Assembly: GCF_001194135.2 (NCBI RefSeq) | Contig: NC_068987.1 | Coordinates: 76,886,753 to 76,950,752, forward strand | DNA: 64,000 nucleotides | Reading direction: 5' to 3' | Source of the DNA: Octopus bimaculoides | Lineage: Eukaryota | In this document: piece after piece, positions 37,119-49,097 of the stretch | Position numbering within the stretch: the first letter of the stretch is position 1 | Layout of the letters: every line of letters begins with the position of its first letter | Notes under the pieces: generated by a model | Seen by the model: only the letters and a program-made list of their open reading frames with translations | The model's database searches: none | What the model was told of the DNA's origin: nothing | Translations under genes and position numbers: made by a program

Positions 37119-38180
37119 TAAGTATGTGCAGTGACTGTAGTTTCTCAGTATTCTTATGTAGAATATACTCAGAGTTTTGTAAGAGGTTAGCAACAGAAAT
37201 GGATACTCAGACGTTAGAATAGAGTTTTGATAAAACTTAATGTTTTAATCTTTTTACTCATCGATTATAATTCCATTCATATCTTCGATAAATTTTAGTA
37301 ATATCAACCAGCTCCAGTGCTTGAATGATTCTTTATTTTATTGATCTGCTGAAGGGCTAAGTACAAATTTGACCTTGGAAGATTGAACTCATTGCATAAA
37401 TTCATTCATTTCTTTGTTCGGTTTTGTGTGTCTCTTATTCCATAGAAAGATAAACAAAATGTACTGAGGAAGATTTTCTGTGACTGAATGCTCTTCCAGT
37501 CACTAACCTTTACCTGTTTTCAAGTAAAGTATTTTTTTTTTTTTTCATTTTTTCATTTCTCTGGTTCTTACATTCTAAAAGCTGGAAACATGGGGCTTTT
37601 TGCTTACTGGACAAAGACGCTATCTTTACCAGTGTTAAACAGAACATAAGGAATGACATTTATACACACACATACAGACACACACATACAAACACATGCA
37701 CACACATGCACACGCAGATTTTGCTTTTTGCAGGGACTAAAATTATCAAAATTTTGAATACTTCTTATGTTAAAATTATGATAAAATGGCAGACTGAACG
37801 TGTCAAACGTGTACAGAAGGATTATGGAGTGGGCCCTATCTTTTGTTAGTCAGGCACACTGAAGTAGATGAAACAAAACAGAACCATATTCCACACTTAG
37901 AAGCTTAGAACAATAGAATGCTATATTTAGAATGGAAAAATATTGAGGTCAGCAATCCAATAAAACTGATGGAGGGTGTTTTTTATTTATTTATTAATTT
38001 TTTTTTTTTTTTTTTAATTTTTTTTATGCCCAGTGTCAAAAAGACAAGATTTCACTGTAATTTCAAGGATGAATGATTTGTACCATTAGGAAGAACATCT
38101 TCACCACAAAAGTTATTTCTGTCCAGGGAAAGAGCACCACCATACTGAAGCCAATATAGTTAAATGGAGACAATACTCCT

Positions 38181-38249
<69 letters not shown>

Positions 38250-38509
38250 AATATGCATATGTAAGTATACACACACATGCACACATACATATATATGCAA
38301 ACACACATCTATACACAAACATATCCATACACAAATATGCATACATGAACACACATACATACATGCACAAACATATATATGCTCATTCATATATATATAT
38401 GTATGTATGTATGTGTGTGTATGTATATATACATAAATATATATATGTATATGTATATATATATATACCCACACAAACACACATACACATACATACATAC
38501 TCACACACA

Positions 38510-38581
<72 letters not shown>

Positions 38582-39306
38582 AAACAATGTTGTGCAGGTA
38601 TTTGAGAAATGATTTTCCAGCTGTCAACCATGTGTCATAAAAATCCATTGCACCAAAACCCATTCTTCTATGTATCGAAATAATTAGCCAAGTCTTCCAC
38701 TGTTTACGCTAGGGATCTTGGAAATCAACCTAAGCTGCCAAAATGTCCCCAATGCATTGTTCTCCCAGAGATGTGAGCTTATCTGCTTGCTCACATTTTA
38801 CAACTAGAACACACACACAAAAAAAATATCTACTTGCACACAAGATTTTCAACATCAAATTGAATTATTTTAATTGAAGATAGCACATGGATGCACACAT
38901 TGTTTACAAAGAAAGACATCATTTGTACACAATCAAATTTCTCCACTCACCCACAGCAAAACATGAAAGGGGACTCATGGAATCTAAGTTCACATATATA
39001 CAAACATGTGTTTTTTTTTGTGTGTTGTGTGTATCGTTGTTACACTATTTAATGTCTATTTTCCATGCTGACATGGGTTGGACAGTTTGGTAGGAGACAA
39101 TAAACCAGAGGACAGCACCAAATCCTAGTGTGTATTTAGGTATGGTGTTTACAGTGGATGCCATTCCTAAGACCATGCTAACTCTATATATATATATATA
39201 TATATNNNNNNNNNNNNNNNNNNNNNNNNNNNNNNNNNNNNNNNNNNNNNNNNNNNNNNNNNNNNNNNNNNNNNNNNNNNNNNNNNNNNNNNNNNNNNNN
39301 NNNNNA

Positions 39307-39620
39307 GCCTAGTACTTATTCTATCGGTCTCTTTTGCCGAACCACTAAGTTATGGGGACGTAAACACACCAGCATCAGTTGTCAAGCGATGTTGGGGGGG
39401 ACAAACACAGACACACAAACACACACATACATATATATATATATACATATACATATATACGATGGGCTTCTTTCAGTTTCCGTCTACCAAATCCACTCAC
39501 AAGGCTTTGGTCGGCCCGAGGCTATAGTAGAAGACACTTGCCCAAGGTGCCACGCTATGGGACTGAACCCGGAACTATGTGGTTGGTAAGCAAGTTACTT
39601 ACCACACAGCCACTCCTTCA
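39307..39620 (-). mobile_element. SINE family A (3' end in gap)
   Basis: Ends accacacagccactcc; B box reverse complement gggactgaacccgg. Confidence 0.9.
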
Positions 39621-39774
39621 CCTGTATATAAGGAGCGCATATTATACACAAGGTTTAGGTTTTTCATAGGTACAGCCCCCTAAAAATCCCCTGTGTATTA
39701 TACTCAAGGGCAGACTATACTCAAGGATTTACGGTACATCTATCTTGGGCAAGCGTCTTCTATTATAAACTTAG

Positions 39775-39851
39775 ACCAACCAAAGCCTCATGAGTAAAAA
39801 CTGAAAGAAGCCCAACATATATGTGTATGTGTGTGTGTGTGTGTATGTGTG

Positions 39852-39900
<49 letters not shown>

Positions 39901-40115
39901 TTTTGTGCCTGTGTTTGTCCTCCACCATTGCTTGACAACTGCTGTTGGTTTGGTTTCGTCATCATAGCTTACAGTTCTGCAAAAGAGACCAATAGGATGA
40001 GTGCCAAGCTTTAAAAAAAAAAATATGAGAAGTACTTTGGGTGATCCAATCACCAAAAATTCTTTGAGATTGTGCCCCAGCATGGCCACAGACTAATGAC
40101 TGAAACACATAAAAG
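39775..40115 (+). mobile_element. SINE family A, older 5'-truncated copy
   Basis: ccaaagcctcatgagt...aaactgaaagaagccc, (TG)n, cagcatggccacagactaatgactgaaac. Confidence 0.75.
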
Positions 40116-40132
40116 ATATAAGGTATATATAT

Positions 40133-40563
40133 GGAGTGGCTGTGTGGTAAGTAGCTTGCTTACTAACCACATGGTTCTGGGTTCAGTCCCACTGCGTGGC
40201 ACCTTGGGCAAGTGTCTTCTACTATAGCCTTGGGCTGACCAAAGCGTTGTGAGTGGATTTGGTAGACGGAAACTGAAAGAAACTCGTCGTATGTATGTAT
40301 ATGTATATATATATATGTATGTGTGTGTATGTGTGTCTGTATTTGTCCCCCCACCATTGCTTGACAACCGATGCTGGTGTGTTTACATCCCTGTCACCTA
40401 GTGGTTCGGCAAAAAGAGACCGATAGAATAAGTACTAGGCTTACAAAGAATAAGTCCTGGGGTCGATTTTCTTGACTAAAGGCGGTGCTCCAGCATGGCA
40501 GCAGTCAAATGACTGAAACAAGTAAAAGAGTAAAAGAGTAAAATAGTAAAAGAGTAAAAGAGT
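40133..40563 (+). mobile_element. SINE family A, full-length young copy
   Basis: ggagtggctgtgtgg A box, ggttcagtccc B box, (GAGTAAAA)5 tail, flanked by (TA)n. Confidence 0.92.
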
Positions 40564-40965
40564 ATATATATATTTATAATCTAGGGACCAAGAATAAAAG
40601 AAAAATATGATTAACAACAAGAGCAATGGATGAAGATCAAGAAGCTGAGCCGGAAAATGATGACAACGACGATGAAGATGATGATGATGATGATAATAAT
40701 AATGATAACAATGGGCTTATTTCATTACATGATGACAATGATGATTATGACAACAATGATGCTGATAATGATGATGAATGCAATGGTGATTGATTGTGGT
40801 GATGGTGATGGTGATGATGAAGATGAGAGCAGTATGTCACAATAGAGTGATGCCAAAATTCCAAAATATTGCCATTTCACAAAAAATCAATAAATATTCT
40901 ACATACACACGTGCATGTGTGCACGTGTGTATGTGTGTGTGTATGAATGCATTTCTATGTATATT

Positions 40966-41007
<42 letters not shown>

Positions 41008-41342
41008 AATAAATATATATATATATATATATNNNNNNNNNNNNNNNNNNNNNNNNNNNNNNNNNNNNNNNNNNNNNNNNNNNNNNNNNNNNNNNNNNNN
41101 NNNNNNNNNNNNNNNNNNNNNNNNNNNNNNNNNNNNNNNNNNNNNNNNNNNNNNNNNNNNNNNNNNNNNNNNNNNNNNNNNNNNNNNNNNNNNNNNNNNN
41201 NNNNNNNNNNNNNNNNNNNNNNNNNNNNNNNNNNNNNNNNNNNNNNNNNNNNNNNNNNNNNNNNNNNNNNNNNNNNNNNNNNNNNNNNNNNNNNNNNNNN
41301 NNNNNNNNNNNNNNNNNNNNNNNNNNNNNNNNNNNNNNNNNN

Positions 41343-41378
<36 letters not shown>

Positions 41379-41407
41379 TATACATATATATATACATATA
41401 TTTATAT

Positions 41408-41440
<33 letters not shown>

Positions 41441-41491
41441 TATATGTATATATATATATATGTGTATGTATGTATGTATGTATCTATGTAT

Positions 41492-41540
<49 letters not shown>

Positions 41541-42402
41541 TGTCTTCAGTAGAATCTTTAGTATTGCGTTCTGGTATTTCTGGACTGATTATAGTTGGAA
41601 CAGAATGTCAGGAAAGTACTGGCACTGGTATTGGATGGACGGTGCCGTGGAGGGTGAATTCAGCAGTGCAGGACCATGATAAGTTAAATAGGAAGTAAAG
41701 TGGCGGAGAAGAAGGAGGCAGCGGAGGACAGATGCAAAAAGAAAAAAAGGAAGAAGAAGGAGATACAATTATCTTATTCCTGCAGGACATAGTAAGAATT
41801 GCTACAATTTCCTTCAATGAGTTGGGAAGGGTCCTGTTGTTTCGTTAGAATTTTGATGGACAGATCAATAAACTATTACTTCTACAATTACTACTATGGC
41901 TAATCATAATAATAATGATTATGATAATAATAATAATAATAATAATAATAGTAATAATAATGATGATGATAATAATGGTAATAACAAAGATGACGATGAT
42001 GATGATGATGATGATGATTTTGGTGGTGGTGGTTGTGGTGGTGGTGGTGGTGGTGGTGGTGGTGGTGGTGATGATGATGATGACAGTGGCGACAATGATA
42101 ACGATGATCATGGTGATGATATATGATGATGATGATGACAACAAGGACAATGACAACGATGATGACAACGATGATGATAATAATGATGATGATGATGATA
42201 ATAATGATGATGATGATGATGATTTCAAATTTTGGCTCAAGGCGAGTAAGTTGGAGGTGGTGGGGGCATAAATCGATTACATCAACCAGCAGTATGCAAC
42301 TGGTACTTATTTTATCGACCACGAAAAGATGAAAGGCAAAGTCGACTTCAGTCTGTCTTCAATAAATTCTATCTGACCAATACAAACATGGCAAAGAGGA
42401 CA

Positions 42403-42507
42403 TTAACCCTTTAGCATTTAAACTGACCATATCTGGCCAAAATATTCTTCCAGTTTTATGGTTAACCCTTTAGCATTTAAACAGGCCATATCTCACCAAA
42501 ATATTCT
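42403..42507. mobile_element. Two tandem left ends of a TTAA-flanked piggyBac-like MITE
   Basis: ttaa|ccctttagcatttaaac...ccatatc...ccaaaatattc twice, 59-bp period. Confidence 0.65.
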
Positions 42508-42509
42508 TT

Positions 42510-42925
42510 TCTACTCTAGGTCCAAGGGCAGAAATTTTTGGAGAGGGGCCAGTCAATTAAATTTACTCCAGTACACAACTGGTACTTAATTTATTATCTC
42601 TGAAAGGATTAAAGGCAAAGTCGACCTCGGCGGAATTTGAACTCAGAACGTAAAGACAGACGAAATATCACTAAGCATTTCACCCAGCATGCTAACGTTT
42701 CTTATTTCTTTATTGCCCACAAGGGGCTAAACATAGAGGGGACAAACAAGGACAAACAAAGGGATTAAGTCGATTACATTGACCCCAGTTCGTAACTGGT
42801 ACTTATTTAATTGACCCCAAAAGGATGAACGGCAAAGTCGACCGTGGCAGAATTTGAACTCAGAACGTAGCAGCAGACAAAACACTGCTAAGCATTTTGC
42901 CCGGCATGCTAACGATTCTGCCAGC
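42510..42925 (-). mobile_element. Two adjacent family C SINEs (ATT-tail subtype 42510-42695; AAATAAG-tail subtype 42696-42925)
   Basis: The gaaaggcaaagtcgacc...ggaatttgaactcagaacgta core occurs twice with different 3' halves. Confidence 0.85.
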
Positions 42926-42964
42926 TTGTGGCTTTAGAAGCAGCAAGATAACGCATGATAACGA

Positions 42965-43368
42965 ATGTTGAGCCTCATGGAGGCATCGACAAGTGACCGA
43001 GACCTTTGGCCGTATGTCATGCTTAGGAAGACCAATCAAACCAGGTAAAATTGCAGTCACTGTCATGGCTGATGCCAATGTCATATAACTGGTACCCATG
43101 CTGGCGGCACATAAAAAGGCACCCACTACGCTCTTGGTGTGGTTTGCGTTAGGAAGTGCATCCAGCTGAAAAAAAACCATGCCAAATCAGACTGAAACCT
43201 AGTACAGCTCCTCAGCTTACCAGATTTCAGTCAAACCATCCACCATTGTGGAAAAGGGGCGTTAAATGATGATGATGACGATGACGATGACGATGATGAT
43301 GATGATGATGATGATGACGACAATGACAACAACAACGACGACGATGATGATAATGATGATGATGATGA
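42965..43368 (+). mobile_element. Family B copy starting in the RTE ORF2 terminus, with long (GAT/GAC)n tail
   Basis: gttgagcctcatggaggcatcgacaagtgaccgagacctttggccgtatgtcatgcttaggaagacc matches the ORF2 end at 26576-26635. Confidence 0.85.
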
Positions 43369-43644
43369 TATACTTGACAGAATAATTTGAATGCTAAGGG
43401 GTGAAACCAGCCAGATCTGGCTTCTCCTTCCTTACTGCACGATGCCCTTCTAAAACAATCACATTATTGAAATCTTGAAGCTATGAAATATTGCATGATT
43501 AATTCAAAACAATGTGAAGAAACGAACATTGCGCTTGGCTGATTACTCTGAATGTGAAACGGTTAATTTATGTTGACGATGATTTAGTGATAGATTGGAT
43601 GGTGCATAGAGTACAAGTTGTGTAGTGTATCATGTATTGTGCAT

Positions 43645-44021
43645 GGAGGCACAATGGCCCAATGGTTAGGGCAGTGGACTCACGGTCGTAGGATCGCGGT
43701 TTCGATTCCCAGACCGAGCATTGTGAGTGTTTATTGAGCGAAAACACCTAAAGCTCCACGAGGCTCCGGCAGGGGATTGTGGCGAACCCTGCTGTACTCT
43801 TCCACCACAACTTTCTCTCACTCTTACTTCCTGTTTCTGTTGTGCTTGTAATTCAAAGGGTCAGCCTTGTCACACTGTGTCACGCTGAATATCCCCAAGA
43901 ACTACGTTAAGGGTACACATGTCTGTGGAGTGCTCAGCCACTTGCACGTTAATTTCACGAGCAGCTGTTCCGTTGATTAGATCAACTGGAACCCTCGTCA
44001 TCATAAGCAACAGAGTGCCAA
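43645..44021 (+). mobile_element. SINE family D, full-length with 13-bp TSD
   Basis: catgtattgtgca at 43631-43643 and 44022-44034. Confidence 0.95.
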
Positions 44022-45429
44022 CATGTATTGTGCAGTTGTGCAGTGCATCTTCTCATAATCCATCACTGCATGTCGAAATGTGCTGTAGGGTCCTCAGTTA
44101 GGCAGCAGTAGGGTATAATTTGAAACAGGAATCTGTGGGTTGGACTTAGTCGACTATCTGCTGGCCATGGGACTGCTTGATCAGAGATGTCCTAGGGTCA
44201 TACTACAACAGCAACTGCTACTACAGAAGGGTAGCAACAACACCATGAGCTAGCAGGCAACTACTCAGATATTGTTTGGTGTGAGGGAGGTCAGAGAGGT
44301 CAATGTGTCCCTTAAATAAAGGAACTGTCTAATTAGCACCCCCCTCCAAAAAAATGCAACTGTAAATAAAACATAATTAATGATGAGAGGAGAGAGAACA
44401 GAGCCATGAGTCAGGAGTAAGGCTAGACTAATCTGAATGCCAAAGTTGAAAGGGGAGAGAGAGGAGATGGCCACAAAATGAGAGCCTCTTCTCATTCGTT
44501 AAAGGAGAAAAAATAATCATTTTATGGGGTTGTTTTTGTTTTTTTAATTTTATCAGGTTAAAGATTTTAGCTGCTTTTAAAATTTATATTTTGTTGGTTT
44601 TTGTAATTGCAGTTTTACAATGACGGTGATGATGATGATGGTGGTGGTGGTAGTGAAGATAATAATAATAATAGTGATGATGTTGATGATGATGGAGGGA
44701 GTGTTTAAAGGACGATTATAATGAATATAATGATAGCAGAGATGCATATATGGCAGGGCAGCTTAGTACAATGTTGGTGAAAGCAGGGAATCAAACAAAG
44801 CTATAAATATTAAAATCAACGAATCAAGTGCCATGTCGGAAGGACATGATCCCCACCCCCATGGCACATACACACACAGGACAAACCAAATACTGTCATC
44901 AGTGATGTTGGTGGTGATGATGATGATGATGTCCACAATGATGGGTTTTCGTAGTGGTCGTGGTCACAAAGATGAGACTTGTAGTCAGGGTGAGGGTAAT
45001 GGTGGTGTAAGAAAGATTATATACGGTGGTAGTGGTTATATTGTTATTTATTAGTGACTAGGGCCAGATCAAAGACTGTGCGGTCAAGTGAGTAGGGAGC
45101 CAGATGATCAGCTGTGAGTCATTGGTTTATACCTTGTCATTAGCTGCATTGTATTTATGGTCAAATAATTTAAATTTCAAAGGGCTCCCATGCACATAAC
45201 TCTAAACAGTCACTATAAAACAACAACTAACAAAAAATAACATCACTGCAAAATTAATGAGTGACTCATTAGCTGAACTCAATAACTTACATGGGTGTAC
45301 CATATAAAGGGTGAGGGACTACTCAACTGGTTTACTCAAACCCAATTAGAAATTATTAGGCACTGAAAAAAAAGAAAACAATGTTAGCTCAGTGACTAAT
45401 AATATTTAAAAAAAATTTATTCCATGGTT

Positions 45430-45650
45430 GCAAGGAGGCTGAATAATTAACATGCCAGACAAAATACCTAGCAGCAGTTTGTCCTGCTTTACATTCTAAG
45501 ATCAAATTCTGTTGTGGTCAACTTTGTCTTTCATCCTTTTGGGGGTCAATAAAATAAGTACCAGTTGGGCACTGGGGTCGATGTAATTGCCTCACCCCCT
45601 CCCCTGAAATTGCTGGTTTTGTGCCAAAATTTGTAATCAATATTTCAATT
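45430..45650 (+). mobile_element. SINE family C, diverged
   Basis: gtcaactttgtctttcatccttttgggggtcaataaaataagtaccagttgggcactggggtcgatgtaat. Confidence 0.75.
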
Positions 45651-47194
45651 ATTCCAAAATAAGTTCAAGCTGAGAACTGAGTTCAATATAATCAATTTAA
45701 TCCCAACCCCTAAAAGTGCCAGTCTTCTACCAAAATTTGAAACCAATATTTTAATTATTCAGCAAATGTAGGAGACAACTCTGGACATATTTAGGTCTTA
45801 TTAAATCTCCTCAGCTNNNNNNNNNNNNNNNNNNNNNNNNNNNNNNNNNNGTTTAATTTTGATCCAGTCTGACTTGGTGTATTGATAGAGAAATGACATG
45901 AGAGACAGAGATAGGCAAGACCCATGCACGGTTTTAATTTCATCAGAGAAAATCGATTCTGTGGTTATTTTTGATGTGAATATGTACTTTTGTAGCTGTC
46001 ATCTTTGGACAGAAGCAATATGATGTCCAAAAATAGTAAAACTGGAAAAAAAAAAAGAAAAAGAAGAAGACCTTTGAGAGGTTTAGTTTCATTTTCCTTA
46101 TAAAGAATAAAACAGATGGAAAAAAATTTCCACCAGGATAGCATATCAATCTATAACAAGAAACATTCCCTAATGATATTACACCCTATTCCATATAACC
46201 AGGTGAACTGAGGCGTGTAGAGTAAAATATTCTACTCTGGGACATAGTGAAATGAGCTGATATGCTATCTAATTCATTTGAGAAATTTGCCTCCGAATTG
46301 AGAACAGTGTCATGGGATATATTTTAGTATCATGTTAAAGCATTTGAGGCCTTGAAAATCGTGTGCAACCATGTAATAAAATTATCTGAGGCCAAATTAG
46401 TAAAGTGGCATCACAAATTATGTCTATGGTTAGCAAGGTCATCTTTGAGCAAATACATTTTGCTTTTGTGTAAATAAAATTCTAGACCACCATTTAAAGG
46501 ATTGATTTTGCTTATCTTAATTCTAAGGATATGCTGATCAAAGTAATGTAACCGTCAAAAGTAAAGCTGTTACACTGCAAATATGTATCATGAATATGTA
46601 TGACCTGCATACGATACATCAGAACTGCAAACTGTGAGAACACTACAGTTAATTTCTTTGGATTCAGTAGAAGACAAAATTTTTAGATGGTGAGAGTGGA
46701 GTGTTGTTGATTGTATTGATATCAGTAGTCTGTCAGTAACTGCTTTTAGTGATGCCAGTGGAATGGAAAATGCTGAAAAATTGCCCCAAACTACAAGAAA
46801 ATAAATGCATGGTGTGACCAAGGAGTTCAGATCTTGCCATAAGTGTATAACACTGGAAAGAAAGAGATGAATTTCACTAGGGTGGCTACAGCTTAGTGCA
46901 GTGGATCACAGATCCTTTTGTCTTCAGTTCACTTTAGATTAAACACAAATAGTTTAGGACACTCTGTTCATAAAGTCAAAGATATTTACCGTGTTTGATG
47001 GCATAGAAGATGCATGGGTACATTAGATGCATCCCAATTTCAGCAGTCCATAGTCAGGACTTCAGAACAAAACATTCTAGTGCTTTAAAGTTTACAGGAC
47101 CCAAGGTGACTTTTGAGAATTTTTGGTGGAGAAAAAGAGTATCCTATGCCATCAAATACAGTAATTAAAAAATGGTATTTATGAATCTTAGCCT

Positions 47195-47460
47195 CTTATC
47201 ATCAGCATTGTTTAATGTCTGTTTTCCATGTTGGTATGGGTTGGACAGTTTAACAGGAGCTGGTAAGGCTTGAGATGTGTCAGGTTCCATTATCTATTGT
47301 GGCATGATTTCTACAGCTGGATGTCTTTTGTAATGCCAAACATTTTACAGAGTGTACTGGGTGCTTTCTCTGTAGCACAACATCAGTGTTTTCTACATTC
47401 TACCAGCACCAGTGCTATTTGCTTTGCTCCATCACCAGCACTTTTTACATGACACTATCA
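47195..47460 (-). mobile_element. Old family B fragment
   Basis: tttaatgtctgttttccatgttggtatgggttggacag...cagctggatgtcttttgtaatgccaaac. Confidence 0.65.
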
Positions 47461-47670
47461 CCTATAAATATGATTAATTTTAAATTTCAGAAAATTATAA
47501 CTTAATCCTTAAGTCAATAAAAGTAGCTTAGTTATCAAGACTCTATATTAAGAACTTTTTAATCTGTGCAAATTCAAACTTGGTGATAATGATATTTACA
47601 AAATTTTAATTTGTATTTTCATACTTTTAAAACTTAATTCTATTATTTTTGAGGCACATCTAGCTACATA

Positions 47671-48580
47671 TAAGAGGGTACCCAAAAGAAACTAGAATTT
47701 TGCAATATTATTTTATTCACTTAATTTTACATGTTTACATTTTTACCACTTTCAAAGTATTCTCCATTTAAAGCGATGCATTGATGCAGACATGTTTTCC
47801 ATTGCTCAAAGCAGTGATGGAACTCATGTGAAGATATGCCTTTTAATACCTCTGTTATTTTTTTATTCATCTTTTCCACATCCACAAATTCTGTAGCACC
47901 AGCTTTTGTCACCAGAGATGACCTTCGAAAAGGTCCAGATCAATTTCCACCTGTTCTTTCAATTCACGACACGCATTCAGTTGTGACTGCTTTTGATCTT
48001 CTGTGAACAAGCAAGACACAGATTTTGCTGCAACACTTTTCATTTGGAATTTCTTGCTCAAAATTCGTTAGCAGGAGCTCCAGGCCCCACCAATCATATC
48101 AACAAGTTCATCAATTGTTCAGTGACAGTCCTCCAAGATCAGTTAAGGAATTTTCATTTTCATGATGTTTTCATTCGTCCGGGAGGTCGGTGGACACCCT
48201 GAACAAGATTGGTCTTCAAGTGACAAGTGACCATTCCTAAAGTGTGGAAACCACTCGTAAGCTTGCGTTTTGCTCATGGCAGCATCTCTGTAAGCTGTTT
48301 GAAGCATGACAACTGATATGGCTTCTGTCTTCACCAGCAGAAAACAGAATTTCACAGAAACATGCTGTTCCTACATTTCAGCCATTGCAAAAATCAACAA
48401 ACAGGAGAAAAGCTCTGCAAATCAATGACACACCACCTGGCAGCAGGACTACACTCGATGATGCCATTCAGCATACTGATGCCTGAAGATCACATCAAGT
48501 GGCTTCTAGCAGCAGAAGCCTGAACTACAACTGGTTTGTCCCACAGAGAATGTTTCTAGTTACTTTTGGATACCCCCTCA
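47671..48580 (-). mobile_element. Mariner-type transposon, internally deleted (910 bp)
   Basis: 27-bp TIRs taagagggtacccaaaagaaactagaa / tgagggggtatccaaaagtaactagaa (23/27), TA on both sides; MKFCF...MSKTQAYEWF..FRNG, KVISGDKSWCY, then directly CFEQWK..L.QCIALNGEYFE. Confidence 0.9.
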
Positions 48581-48677
48581 TAATGCAGAACACAGGTGTA
48601 CCACATTGCAACATTCAGGTATCATTATTTACATTATTTACAATTGACGGATATTTGTCCTCATCTTGTTTGCTGTT

Positions 48678-48723
48678 AACAAAACGTTTTGGGTGATATG
48701 CCTTCCAGCCTTCATCAGGTGTC
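48678..48723 (-). ncRNA. Degenerate minimal hammerhead ribozyme (left arm)
   Basis: GACAC CTGATGA A GGCTG gaaggcatat CACCC AAAAC GTT TTGTT: core CUGAUGA intact, GAAA mutated to AAAA, ACGT palindrome retained. Confidence 0.6.
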
Positions 48724-48778
48724 TTGGGGAAATTTCGAACCTGGGTTCCCATTCCTAAGGTATTTTTCAATGTTGTTG

Positions 48779-48812
<34 letters not shown>

Positions 48813-48915
48813 CCTTATTATTATTCAGGTCACTGCCTGGAATTCCACCCGGAATCTTGGGGTTAAGAGCTCGAACTACTAACCCCAAGATTCCGAGTTC
48901 AATTCCAGGCAGTGA

Positions 48916-48977
<62 letters not shown>

Positions 48978-49054
48978 GTAGTAGTAATAATAATAATAAT
49001 AACAACATCAAAAAATACCTTAGGAATGAGAACCCAGGTCCAAAATTTCCCCAA

Positions 49055-49097
49055 GACACCTGATGAAGGCTGGAGGATATGTCAGCCGAAACGTGTT
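49055..49097 (+). ncRNA. Minimal type I hammerhead ribozyme motif (right arm)
   Basis: Stem I GACAC (49055-59)/GTGTT (49093-97), CTGATGA (49060-66), stem II GGCTG/CAGCC (49068-72/49083-87), GAAAC (49088-92). The 3-nt cleavage segment seen in the left arm is missing here. Confidence 0.75.

Noticed and set aside
48689-49063. Mirror-image ORFs on both strands (124 aa and 114 aa)
   Set aside because: A by-product of the palindrome and its (AAT)n tracts, not a protein.
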